Part shown: positions 20,290 through 32,900 of the stretch, one piece after another
Layout of the letters: every line of letters begins with the position of its first letter
How positions within the stretch are numbered: position 1 is the stretch's first letter
Source: Oscarella lobularis
Taxonomy: Eukaryota
Length of the DNA: 64,000 nucleotides
Assembly (NCBI RefSeq): GCF_947507565.1
Contig: NC_089176.1
Location: forward strand, 4,019,882 to 4,083,881
Direction of reading: 5' to 3'
Position numbers and translations under genes: made by a program
The notes under the pieces: generated by a model
Told to the model about the DNA's origin: nothing
Seen by the model: only the letters and a program-made list of their open reading frames with translations
The model's database searches: none

Positions 20290-23200
20290 AAATGGCGAGC
20301 AAGCGAGAATCCATCTACGCTAAAATTTGTCTTGCAAATGCCTCGTAATTTGATCCGAGCTCAAGACGACGACAGAGCGAAGGAATCGCTCTATCCGTCT
20401 CGTGAAACCAATCAACGGCTTTTTGGACTCGATGACGCCACTTGACGTCGACTTTGCTGACGTCAAAATGGATATTCGATTGCATGGGAAACTGTGATTG
20501 GAAATGGAGGTTAAGGTAGACGAGTACTAGAGCAGTGGCGAATAATCTAAGGCTATCTTCGTAGAGAGTGGATCCGAGGCTCTTGATTCCCGCTGAGTGG
20601 ATTTGTTCGAGAAGGGAATGACAATTGATACCAAGAAGAGAACAGACTGAATCATTGAGCTCCCAGTAGCCAAGCTATAAGAGAGGGATTTATTTATTTA
20701 TTTATTGAGTTTGTGATTCTTGTACCTGGTTTTGGAATGAGAAGATTTTTGGTATTGAGTCGGCGGTCACGAGCACTTTAGGTTTTTCTTCATCTTCAAA
20801 TTCTCCAGCTTCGTTTTCTTGTTCGTTTTCAGCGTCACTTCCAGACCAACCTGACCAATCTGACGACTCTTCCTCTTCTTTTTCTCCATCATCTAATGAA
20901 ACAAACCCTAACCAGCCTTGATTCGTGCTCTTTTCTACGAGAGAAGAGCAGTAACGTACAGGATAGATTATATAGGTGTTCGTACCGGTTTCTACTGCCG
21001 AACGACGTGCGGAAAGTGAAGCTTTTAGATGTTCGACTGCCGACTGACGTTCTGAAGGCACCAATAATGAAATCATCAATCAATCAAATTCAATGATTTC
21101 TTACTAGGTGATGCCTCTTGTGCTTTTTCCTCAACTGACTTCTTCAGTTTTGCGCCCTGTTTGATTTGAGATAGGAGACCGCCTCTACTTCCGCCTCCAC
21201 CGCCTCCAAATAGCGTTGGCTCTAAAATGAAGTTGCCTAAGAAACGCATTAGTCTCACGCCTCTGTTTTACGTCTGTCTTCATCGCGTTTGTCTGCAAGC
21301 TTTGACACAAACCGATAACGTCGTTTAATTTCTTCTTCTGGTGCCGTTTGCGCTCTTTTAGCGGATGAACCCTTCTTGATTTGAGACAGGAGATCACCTC
21401 TACCTCCACCTTCAAAAAATAGAGTTGTCTAAGGAACGCAATAGTCTCATTTTTTTCTGTTTTTACCTCTGGAATCAAAATCCCGGTCACTTTCACGTCG
21501 TTCACTTTCTTTTGCAACTACTCCTCTTCTTGCAGATGTCATTTTTCTTGCTGGTATCCACCCATCGTCTAGCAGTGTAAATAATTAAACTATTTATTAA
21601 ACTGGCTTTGGTACCAATTTCCTTCGCTTTCTCCTTTGAAGGCTCTAATGCCGGCGGTAGACCATCCAAAGATCTGTCCACTGCTGTAGTAAATGCAATA
21701 ATATACACTCAACTCCAAAACCTATTTCAATTACGTACTGGATCGTCGAAGCATTGATGGAGGTGGCGGAGGCCCACCTGCTACGCGTAGTAAATGCCAC
21801 ATATACGCTCAGATTGAAGAGCTATTTCAATGACGTACCGAGTCGTCTTTGAGGCATTGAAAGCATTGGTGGCGGCGGCGGAGGTGGACCTGCCCCTGCT
21901 GTGTAGTAAATGCCATCATATACGCTCAGATCGAACACGAACAGCTATTTCTATTACGTACTGGATCGTCCAGACGTTGGAGGCCGCGGTGCTGCTGCTG
22001 CTCGCATCGCTACTGAAGCAATAGAAGGAGCAGGTGGAGGCGGAGGAGCTCCTGGTGCTGGGAAGACGCTTGAGTCTGAACAATTCAATTCTTCTTCTTC
22101 TTTTCTTTTTGTTGCATGATATGTATATAAAACCTGCAGAAAGCCGTGACATCATTTTCATTTTTCGTGGTAAAGCGGCTTGTTTCGGGCGCGGCTTAGC
22201 TGAAAAATAAATTTGTTTTAAGTCAATTAACGGTTTTCTTTGTCATCTATACTGGGAGAACCTTTTAGCAACGATTTACCAGCGAAGAGTTGAGGGGTTA
22301 CGGCAGCATAAACTGGACTTGTTGGAGAGTAGGATGGACTCGCTGCTGGCACTGACACTTGACTATGACAACAAATCCAAAATAGGAATTCTTACCGGAA
22401 TAAAGATTGTCGTCATCGTCATCGCTGCTTTGAAAACCTTTTTACAGTGAGTAAGAAATACAAAAAAGAATCAATTCAGTCGTACTTGCTCTTCTAGACA
22501 ATTCTTCCTTCTGATTTGAAAAACGAACATTTGATGTCATAGCTATTGACTGTTGCAGAATTCCTTCTAAGCGAAACTTCAAGACAAAGAGGGAAATATT
22601 GACGACGTACCAGTTGCAGCTATTTGTTCTTGAAACATTTGAATTTTCGGCTGTTGATCCACACGTCCTTCATATGCCATTCTTGCACCCTTTGATGACC
22701 TCACAGGAAGATCAGCTAAACGACGAGGCTCCAGTTCATCTTTTACGCTCGCTGCAGCGTTACCTTTGTTTTCCAACGCCAAGAAATCGTCCAGCGATTC
22801 ATCCAAAGAGAATTCTTCGCACACGAAATTAAGACCGGCTAAGATAATCGCTTCGTATCCTTACCTGCGACTGCTCTTGCTATTTCTTCTGTTTCTTCCA
22901 TTAGAAGCTCTAAAAACAAAGATTCGTACGAACAAACGCCCCCAAACTGCATTGTTTGATGCAGCGCACTTTTTAAACGTATTTCTCGAGCTTTTTTGAG
23001 TTTTTTAGCAAAATTAGTACTACGCTCCAACGCTCCCTTCTGACCTTGAAGAGGCTGCTGCTGCTGATATTGAACCGTAGTTTCATTTGCCACCGCTTTT
23101 GGTTCCAAATTAATTAACCTTTCATGATGCTACGCAGGTTCCTTAATTATAAAGTCTTACCCTCCTTTTTCAATGCATAAGAAGCGAAATTATCGTCGCT

Positions 23201-26200
23201 AGCGCCCACATCATCATAAATCTCGTCTTTAGATTAGAAGCGACGGGAAAAAAAATGATATACGACGTTTTGTATAGGCCCTACCTGTCGCTGATTCTTT
23301 AGAGACGGTTTCCTCCATTAAATCAGAAACAGGAAGCACTAAAAACAAAAGCCATGAGACGAGCAAGCCAAACTACATTTCGTACTGTGCGAACGTCTTT
23401 CGGAAACGTTCTTCTTCTTTTTAGCTTTAGGTTTTTCCGCCACCGCCGCGGTGTCCTTCTGGACTCGACGTGGCAACTCAAACGGACTCCTCATCGTCAG
23501 TATTCCCCGTTTCGAAACAGCCTCTTCCCCGACGTAGCTGTCCTTCTGTCCCATTCCAACCATAACGCCCTCAATTGAGATCATCGTAACGCTCTCCTCT
23601 CCTCTATAACGCACTCTATGAGTCTACCTGATGTCGTGGTCGACCAACGAGGGCCGGGAACTCGGCTCTTGGCGCGTCATCGCCGGCAAAACCAGCCTAG
23701 AGAAGAAAAAAATCACACAACTTCAACAAAAATGAATTATGATTACTTTCACTGAAGATATTCCCGTATCGATGACAAGACTTTGATAGTCCATGTCAAA
23801 AAGATCGTCTATTAGATCCTCAGAGGGAGGTAGAGAGGAAGGGGGAGGGAGAGGGGGAGGAGGAGGAGGAGGGGGTTGAGCAGATCGAGCCACGAGTTGT
23901 CCAGCAGATAGACGACGCTTTTTAATATCAAAAGAAGCGACTGCCGACACGTCAGGCCTGTCACCTCTAACAACTAAACATCCAAGAACTAAAAACGAGA
24001 AAAGTTTGCTAATAACCCAATTATATTATTGTAACTCCTATTCCTATTAAACCAAAAGTTATTATTATTATTATTATGTCAGGGAATAACCCAATAAAAA
24101 TAAAGAGACATAGTACAAATGGGAACTTTGCCTAAGTTATCTATTGTTGCGAAGGAATAGGTGATACTTGCCTTCAGATGGGGATAGCTTCCACAAGAAA
24201 TCCTTGAGTTGTTCCATCAATAGCGTACTGTCCTTGTAGCTTGCATCGCTTAGGGAATCCAGCTGGGATATTGCGTCTGTAGGATACGCAGTTACGGACG
24301 GAAAATCGCGTCGTCTAAGTTTCGAATTATACCGTCAAAGGCTTGCTTGGATAGAGACAATGCCGCCTTTTTATCTAATTTGATTCCGTTGAGAAAATTC
24401 GCCAAGGCAAGACAGGCCTGTGAAGACACAACTCTTAGTATAATTACATTTATTTTCTATTGTTACTTGAAGGCGAAGAGGGTGGTGAGGGTCGAGCGAT
24501 TCTTTCGCTACGTCTACGGCTTTTTCGTAGGATCGTTCCGCTTGGAGAACGAAGAAGTCTTCCGATTTCTTTCCCTCTTCGAGTTCAGAGCGAACCAAAT
24601 CCTCAGGAGACTACAAACATAGATAGATGGATAAATAAATAAATGGTTATTATACGTACAAGTTGAGAAGCGTCCGTTTTTTCGTCCTCATCCCATCCCA
24701 TATATGGCAATATATCGATGTCTTCTCGCGAGACGAGTTCTTCTATGGAAGGACCGCTTGGTTTCTGAAAGCGTTCATTCTAAAAAAGGGAGGGGGATAT
24801 TGATAAGTGTTTTTTTCTGGTGGATTTTTTTCGCACTTCGTCTCGATGTTCCACGGCTACGAAACTCGTAAATTGCGTCACTATCGAATATTCTTTGCTC
24901 AAGTTGATGATGTACGACTTCCGGGTGCTTTTGACAATCTAACAAAACGAATTATTATTATAATATTTATTTATTTATTTTTACTTCGTGTTCCATTCTG
25001 TCTGCCGAAAGGCTTCCCTCTTCCCAATCACGAATCAGAGCGCGAGCAGTCAGCTGATGAAGAATCTACAAAGAAAAAAGATGCAGTTTTTAAAAAAACC
25101 CGATTTTTTCCCTACTTTTCCTGTAGTCATGCTGAGTTCTGATGTCGAAACCATCGTGGAGACTTCTTTTCCTCCTATTTCGGCTTTCAAAGTTGCCTAG
25201 GAACAAAGTTAGTCTCGGAAATCGTCCCTCTTGACTCACCATAGTGCAATTTTCCACAAACCCATAGACGACTTGTCGAGAGCCGCTAAAGAGCGACACA
25301 ATTTCCGCCGGAGCCTTATGAATAAAGTAAAATTGAATCGAATATTCATTCAAGGCTGACGTCACGATCACCTGAATGGGTTTGGGAGCGTCGGCGTTGA
25401 ATTGTTGCCACGCGACACTGACTGACGTCAAGACGGGTTGCCCGGCTTTGGAGAGTTGACGTTTTACCTGAAAAAATCACAGATAAAGCCGATATTCACT
25501 CTGGCGACGTAACGCGTGTAAAGTTACGTAACTTCCAAATATGGTCAGTGATGTCACAGAGGGCAAGTGACCAATCAGGAGTTTACCTTTCTTTCCCACT
25601 TGCTTTTCGCTTTGCCGTCGAAGAACTCGGCGTGACCGCCTCCCACTTGAGCCATAGAACGAAGATAATGTCGATTCGGCGAACTCCTTTGGGAAAATCA
25701 ATAATTAGAACTCAAAATCAATAATTAGGACTCAAAATCAATATTTATACCCAACTCCGAAGGCGAAGAGTCGACAGCGCTGCGCTCCTTTTTTCAAGGC
25801 AATCAACGTGGATTCCTCTTCGTTCACGTGACCGTCAGAAAAGAGGAAAACGTTTCTTGGCGTTGATTGGCTGTCGCGGGGGGGCGCCGTGACGTAGAGA
25901 GAACGATAAGGACGCCAAAAATCCGTATTTCCAAGCGAAGGTTGACAAGTCTAGAAAGAGAAAAAATCAAATTTTTAGCAATTATAATCGATTTATCCTA
26001 CTTTTATGAAGTCGAGAGCCGAAGCGAGAGTTTCTTTATTTTTCGGTTGACACGACGGAAATAGTTCATCAAAAGCTAATAAAAAATAACTAATAATATT
26101 TAAATAAGTATAAACTTACTTGAGCCAAATGAAATGATATTAAAATAGCATTTATCCGGGAGATGATGAAGAGCGAGAAGTACGAGTTTGCGAGCGTCAT

Positions 26201-29200
26201 TTATAGCTGAACCCTGAATACGAAAAAACGTCTCAGATGACGTCACAAATATTCAACTATACCTTCATCGAGTTCGAAGCGTCTAGGACGAAAATGACGT
26301 CATAAAACGGATCTAAATCGGCTTCGAAGTCCGGATAGAAAGTGAGCATGCAAGCCTATGTAATAAATTAAATTAAATTATTTATTATTTGATTTTTTCG
26401 AACTCTGTGCTCCGTTTCCGGTTGCTCTTCTATCCACATACGGGGTACGTGAATTTCAGCTAGGGAAATAAAGACTTGAAATCCGCCGTCCAATGTTTGA
26501 CCTGGACACAACTCTATCATGGATTTTGTAGCCGTTTGCTATATCAAATAAGAATCCCTCTATAGTTTATCTATTTACTTATTTATTTATACTTTGACTT
26601 TGATTTTGTGAGTTGGAGATTGAACGTTTCGAATATCAAAAGGCATTTCGACGGCAACTTGAACAGACAAATCTCTAGAATAGAAATCACGTGTTCATAC
26701 AAATCAATACTTCCTTATTATTAATACCCAGTATGTTCCTTCTCAACTTTCACCGTTTTGACGTCACTCTAATTAATTAAATTAATTAAATTAAGAAATT
26801 CTTGATTGAATTTTTATACTTGCGTGATTTCGCTAAGAGCGTCTTTCTTTTTCCATGGAGCAACGCTCCCTGGCAACGAAAACGCGACACTTTCCCCTTC
26901 CACAGCCAATTCAGCCACATACGTAATCTTAATCAGGACGCTCGCATCCGGGGGAAGATTCCCAACACTCACAGTAAAAACATCCTATAATATAAATAGA
27001 TAATTAATCATGTATCTATTTTTTATTACGGGAGTTTCTTCGTCCATCAAATAGGCGCCGTGTCCTTTACTTATCGCTTCCTTATACTCCTTGTGCGCTT
27101 GTTCCTTCTCCTTCACTTCCCCAACGATGTGTTTTCCGTTGATAAAGGCTTCGAAGCCGCAAACGGCCGCCATGTCGTCGAGCGGAAAGACGAATTTCGC
27201 TTCGATGGGTTCCGCGTTTTTGTTGCGATACGACTGAAGAACGATGACGCGTGCGGCGAGATCGAGAAGCGTGGCACGCACGTGGACCGATTCCAGTGGA
27301 ATTGACGCCTTTCCTGAACCAATGAGACCCGCTTCCACTTTGCTCAAAGGATCAATAATATTTTTGACGTCGGATAAATCGATTTCGATTGGAGTGGATG
27401 AGATGGGATTTGTTTCTGATTCGGAATCGTTTTCGGATTCGTGGGAGGAGTCTTCTGTGTGAGTGACGTCACCGGGAAGAGTGAATTCCACGAGATATCT
27501 ATATTAAAAATTATGAATAGTATTTATTTATTTATTTATTTGCTACCTTAGTCTTTGTTGATTTGTGCTGTAAATTGCGTATTCGTCGTTTTGAAATTGC
27601 GACGGGGTTTCGTCTGTGTTTTGAATGGCGTGAACGCTGTTAAATCGATCCGGAGGTGACGTCATATCGAGACACTTGGAGTCCGTATCCTAAAACGAAA
27701 ATAAATATTTATTGATTCAATAGCGAATTCGTTTACGTACGTAAACTTTTCCCAATGCTACTTCTCCAATGAGCATTAGTCGAGTGCCACGACGTCCATT
27801 TCCGGGATTCGAATAAGTGGCGCTTGTACTGAGAAGAAATAGAAAGAATGCCACTTTGTTTTCTTTTTTTACCTTGAAGCATCTGCGAAATAAATTCCAG
27901 AGCCCAGCATTCCCGGATCCGTTCTTTTTCCTCCGTAATCATCAACAACTATTTTCGGCATAAGCAATCCTCTAAAACAACGTTCGTTTTGAAAACGAAA
28001 TTCTCTTATTGAATCTCTTACCTAGATAATATTCCGACGTAGTTTTCGACTTGGGACGCGTGAAAGAGAAGACGTTCGTTGCCAATTTCTCTTGAAAACG
28101 AACAGTCTTCAGCGGGTCGATGCAAAGAAAAGACATTACAAACATCAATACCAACACCCCTAGAAAAAAAGAAATAAAAATAATCAATAAATTAATAAAT
28201 CAATAACCTTTTATCCATGTCAATGACGAGTTTTTTGACTTGTTCATATTCATCGTCATCATCATTCAAGTGTTGTATGTCGCAACGAAGTGCTCTCAAT
28301 TTTGCAGCTGCGCTCGTTCTCACGGCCCAATCCGTGGATTCTCCAACGGAAACGACGTCATCGATCAGCTGACACAAATCGCGTTTCCTAGCTAATTTCA
28401 ATTTGGTATCAATAACGTCCGATGTGTCTGCGTGAGGTATGACGTCATAGAAATCTCGCGTGAGTTTGCGTAGATCGTTTGGGCACGTGTTTGTATCGTC
28501 TAGCGCGCGTCGTACGGCTAAGAGAATGGATTGGGCTTTGCGAACGTTTTCCGGTTGAATGGATTCGACTGGGACACGGAGGAGAGAAGAGAGTTGCCCA
28601 TTGGCTGATTCCCAAATATAATTGACGAGATCGCAGATAGTTGGATTCAATGTGGAGTCGTCTTTCAGTGCGCCGACTCTCAATTCGGCATTCAACTAGA
28701 AACAGAATAAATTATATTTATTTATTTATTTTATTTTGACTTTTTTCAGTTGTTTTGATCCGATGTTTCTTGATAAGAATTCAGTTTTTTTCATGTTATG
28801 TGGCGGTTTTAGGTGTTGTTGATAGAGGAGAGTGTACACGTGTTCCGCTTCCGTTGCATTGGAAAAGTAGCGACATTCTGCAACACTTTCAAATTCGTTT
28901 GCAACATTTCCCGATTGAGTGAAAATTCTATAGGGACTCTCTGAATCCTCCGAGGTCACGTGGAATTCAATGGAGAAGAAATGAGTCACTTTAGCTCTAG
29001 AATCAATAAACTAAAAGGCGTGTGCACGTGATTAGATATATATATTTTCTTTTCCCCTTACACTTAGTAAGGAATGTTTGACTACTTCCGCCTTTTCTTC
29101 ATCGTAATGATGAGGTCCTTCTTCTCCAGGAGACCAAGTTCTAGAGAAGAAAAAATGTTTCTCTTCAGTGTAGCAAAAATTACGAGAGTGACGTCACTTG

Positions 29201-29663
29201 ATTTTGTTCAAATTCACGCCAACAAAAGTCGGTCGATTTTTCGAAATTCGAACTTTTTGACGATTATGATGATGATCTCCAACTTTTCAAATTTTTTAAT
29301 TAATTAAAAATTTCAGAATTTCATTTTTTTACCGACGATTTTTCCCGTTCCGAATTGCTGCGATTTTGTCGTTCCAACGACGACGAATTGATCCGAATCG
29401 ACGATTTTCTTCGCTCCAATGCATTCGTCGATGAAATCGAGCGATACGACGGGTATTCCGTACTTTGTAGCTGTTCGCGCTTTGTACGAAACGTCGCTTC
29501 GCGTTCCCGGATCGCCAAGAACGAGAAAATCCGTCTGTTTCGTCACGACGTACGATATCGTGCCGCCGTTCGACGTGATCTTCTTGCGTATTTCCTGCTT
29601 TTTCTTCCACGGGAGAAAGCTGCTGAGTTCGAGCGCGATTTGGCGCTTGGCAAAGACGCTCAT
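20290..29663 (-). CDS. PARP4: Vault poly(ADP-ribose) polymerase (PARP4) ortholog, a very large multi-exon gene. Domain order along the minus strand is BRCT, PARP regulatory, PARP catalytic, VIT, VWA, a long divergent region, then an MVP-binding C-terminus.
   Basis: BRCT exon 29313-29663 ('[22 protein letters not shown]...'). Regulatory domain 28192-28695 ('[14 protein letters not shown]...[14 protein letters not shown]'). Catalytic exons at about 27740-28190 ('[25 protein letters not shown]', '[10 protein letters not shown]', '[24 protein letters not shown]'). VIT 26985-27491 ('[49 protein letters not shown]'). VWA at about 25750-26420 ('[12 protein letters not shown]', 'FNIISFGS', 'RLFAFGVG'). 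'[11 protein letters not shown]', '[15 protein letters not shown]', '[13 protein letters not shown]' at 24640-25090. C-terminal exon 20290-20700 ('[25 protein letters not shown]...[33 protein letters not shown]'). All of these match human PARP4 in my memory. Confidence 0.8.
20830..21450 (-). other. WASP-like V-C-A module encoded on the PARP4 strand. It holds two WH2 motifs, a connector helix and an acidic Trp-containing stretch.
   Basis: WH2-1 '[15 protein letters not shown]' at about 21350-21410. WH2-2 '[22 protein letters not shown]' at about 21120-21190. C-like '[18 protein letters not shown]'. Acidic '[20 protein letters not shown]'. Splice phases (donor 'cctaGTAAGA', acceptor 'ttcag') keep all pieces in one frame, and the frame runs on into the PARP4 C-terminal exon. 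Confidence 0.5.
21700..22130 (-). repeat. Three tandem exon-plus-intron units of about 110-120 bp. Each encodes a poly-proline motif ('[17 protein letters not shown]', '[13 protein letters not shown]', '[12 protein letters not shown]...'). Each is followed by a near-identical intron that starts 'gtacgt[ac]attgaaatag'.
   Basis: The repeated unit is visible directly. Exon sequences vary while intron sequences are conserved. Confidence 0.55.
23440..23776 (-). other. Three actin-derived exons, embedded in or nested within the PARP4 locus on the same strand.
   Basis: '[16 protein letters not shown]' | '[23 protein letters not shown]' | '[25 protein letters not shown]'. GT-AG introns fall at classical actin intron positions (after the CK-equivalent Lys and after HQ). 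The sequence departs from actin after 'GILT'. Confidence 0.6.
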
Positions 29664-29919
29664 TTTCCTCGCATGCACGAATATACGGGAGACTAGCTAT
29701 TACGTCAGACCGTGGACTACAGACACTTGGCACTGCGGTTTTACAGTAACTCAATAATTGACTTTGAAAATGCCACTGTTGTCGTTTTCTTGCTGGATTT
29801 TTGCTTTGGCACGAAAATAACATCACGTGATACGCGATGGTCTTCTGCATCCTAACGACCAATCAGCGCGCACGGTTTCTCCGTGCACCCCCTCACTGCA
29901 GCCCCACCCCGTTTGAGAA

Positions 29920-32900
29920 ATGAAGCAACGGCAACGATTAGGTTTCGTTCTTCTTCTAAGTTTGCTTGCATTGGTTCGAACGGCAACCCTGCCCCTCTTC
30001 ACAACTGAGCCACAAGATATAGTTGCTCAATCTGGCGACACCTTTGTCTCTTTGCAGTGCCTGGCAACAGGCAATCCAAATCCGAGCTACAAGTGGGAAT
30101 TCAATGGAAAGGAGCTAGACATTGCATCAGACAGCAATCTTACGCCCAGCTCATCAGGAGGAGACCTTATTATCAACACGTATAGCGACTCGTATGCTGG
30201 AAATTATGTCTGTGTAGCAAGCAATAGCGAGGGATCAATCAATAGCCGCACAGCAAAAGTGACAACAGCATGTAAGGAGAGCCACTACATTTCTGTTGTT
30301 GTTTTTGAGGAGTCTTTTTAGATATTGATGCTGCTTTTACTCAAGATCTCGTTGGACAGACGGTTTTGACGAAAACTAAATTGACTCTCACGTGCACAAT
30401 TGGCAGCCTACCAGAGGCTAATATCAACTTTCTGTTCAATGGGTCTCCACTGAATGCCAACACAAATGCTCGTCTCACCAAGACCGTCATTTTAATGGGA
30501 TCCCAATTGACAATTGACCCCGTTCAATTTCCAGATGATGGGACGTATCAATGTGAGGGAACGAACCCAAAAACGAGCGATGTTCGATTGGGAAACCCCG
30601 TCACTATCAGCGTCGAGGGTGTGTTAATTAATTAATTAATTAAAAAGAAAGATCATTTTTCATCTTTCTTTTCTAAGGTCCACCTGAATTTTCTCCTCCT
30701 CCCGCGTCACAATCTGTCCCCGAAAGAGAAACACTTTATATGGATTGCGTTGTTTTCTCGAATCCTTCTGCGACAGTTACGTGGGAAAATGGAAGCAATT
30801 TCGTTTTTCCTTCCGCTTCTCTCCCTCGATTTCGAGTAGAGAATAACAACACGCTCATTGTGACGAATGTGGAGAAGAGAGACGCAGGCGTTTACACGTG
30901 CAAAGCGTCGAATAAATTTGGCGTTAAATCAGCGCAAGCAAAATTGACCGTCACAAGTAAATTCGATTTTTTATGGATGATTTTTTGTGACGTGGGTTTT
31001 AGATCCTCTCTCCGCGCCTGCGCTCATCAAATCTTTTTCTGATCAAACTGTGCTGGTCAATAGTTTGGTTTTACTTGACTGTGAAGCCAGTGGGAATCCA
31101 AGCCCAGTGATTACGTGGTTGAAAGATGGACAACCATTGGTGTTTGCTCCACCAAGAGTTGAGTATCTTTCGAACCAGGGAAAACTGCGAATATCGTCTG
31201 TAACGGTGAACGATGAGGGCAGATACACTTGCTCTGCAACAAATGTGAAAGGATCGGTAACAGTTTTTGCTAATTTGACCGTTCAAGGTGAGTTTCTTTT
31301 GAATATCTTTGGCTTATTTAATTTTTCCGCCCTTAGTTCTTCCCGTTATTACGTCTAATTTCAATGATCAGACGGTGGATGAAAACAAAGGAATTACTGA
31401 AATGTGCACAGCAACTGGACGTCCAAATCCTTCGATTCATTGGACTGATCCGAATGGGAAAACGATCCTCGCTTCGTTTTCCCACATTTTATCACTGGGC
31501 TCTTTACAGCAAGGCGCCAGTGGCACGTACACGTGCGTAGCTCAAAATGCAGCCGGTCAAACTCAGAAATCATTTAAACTCACAGTTCAGGGTAATTTGA
31601 GCTACAATGTCTACGTTTTTGCTACTGAATAGGGGGGGTTTCTTTTCTTTTCTAGGTAAACCGTCTGTTACTGTTTCGCCTTCTGCTATTACTGTTTCTG
31701 TGGGTGCTGACGTCAAATTTTCTTGTCAGGCTACGGGAGATCCGACTCCAACGCTTCGTTGGACTCTCAGTGGTGGAAAGCCTTTGCCTAACAATAATCG
31801 CTTTACTGTTCTAAGCAACGGGGATTTGGAAATTAAAACCGTTTTGCAAACCGACTCGGGAACGTACGACTGCAGAGGAACAAACAGTTTCGGAGAAATA
31901 ATCGATCCGGCAATTTTAACCGTCAACGGTCAGTAAAATAAATAAATAAATAAATAAATGAGATTATTTTATTTTGTTTTTCAGTGGCGCCCACGTTTGT
32001 ACTAAGACCCTCAGATACGGAAGTGATTCAAGGGCGAACGGCTACGTTGCAGTGTGTGGCAAATGGCGTGCCGTCATACGAGTGGCTACTCCCCAATGGA
32101 ACAACCATTCGAAACGGAGGACGATATAGCATTGTTTCAGGAATATTATCAATACAAAGTATGAGTGCCGCAGATCAAGGGAGCTACACGTGCATTGCAA
32201 GTAATGCAGCTGGGAAAGTTCTCTCAGTGGCAACACTAACAATGATAAGTAAGTACGATTATATAGAAGAAAAAGAACGTCATTTATTTTTATTCTAGCA
32301 ATGCCTACGTTTGTGACACAGCCTTCGAACTCAATCGTTATTGAAGGTCAAAGTCTAACGCTTACTTGCTCCGCTAAGGGTATTAATACCCCTACGATAA
32401 CGTGGTACAAAGTGCCAACGAAAGGACAACCCCAGCAACTCACGGGGCCTCGATACACCTTCAAAAGTGGGGGTGACGTCGAAATAAAAGAAGCGAAAAA
32501 AGCCGACGACGACGGGGTCTATAGATGCGAGGCGAAAAATCGCGCCGGAACGGCGACAGCGCAAGCAAACGTTACAGTACACAGTACGTGAAAAATCGAG
32601 AGAAAAGGGGGCTCTACGTAATTTTTTTTAGTTAAACCGACTGTCGTTATTAAGCCAACGAATTTAGTTATTGACGAAGGGCAGGGAAAAGAATGGAAAT
32701 GCGTCTCGACGTCCGGATATCCGGCTCCGACGTTTCGTTGGACGAAATCGGATTCGTCTCCTCTTCCGCCGGCCCGTTTCACCGATCACAACGACGGTCG
32801 TTTAACGGTGCAAAACGCGCACGTGGAAGACAACGGACGCTACACGTGCACGGGAGAAAATTACGTCGGAACGGGATCGAGCGAGGGAACAATCGAAATC

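Noticed and set aside
24150-24640. Apparent 14-3-3-like C-terminal signature ('[26 protein letters not shown]') on the minus strand
   Set aside because: After tracing the exons, this stretch is contiguous and in frame with exons that match human PARP4 ('[11 protein letters not shown]', '[13 protein letters not shown]'). It belongs to the divergent middle region of PARP4. The 14-3-3 resemblance is too weak and partial to call.
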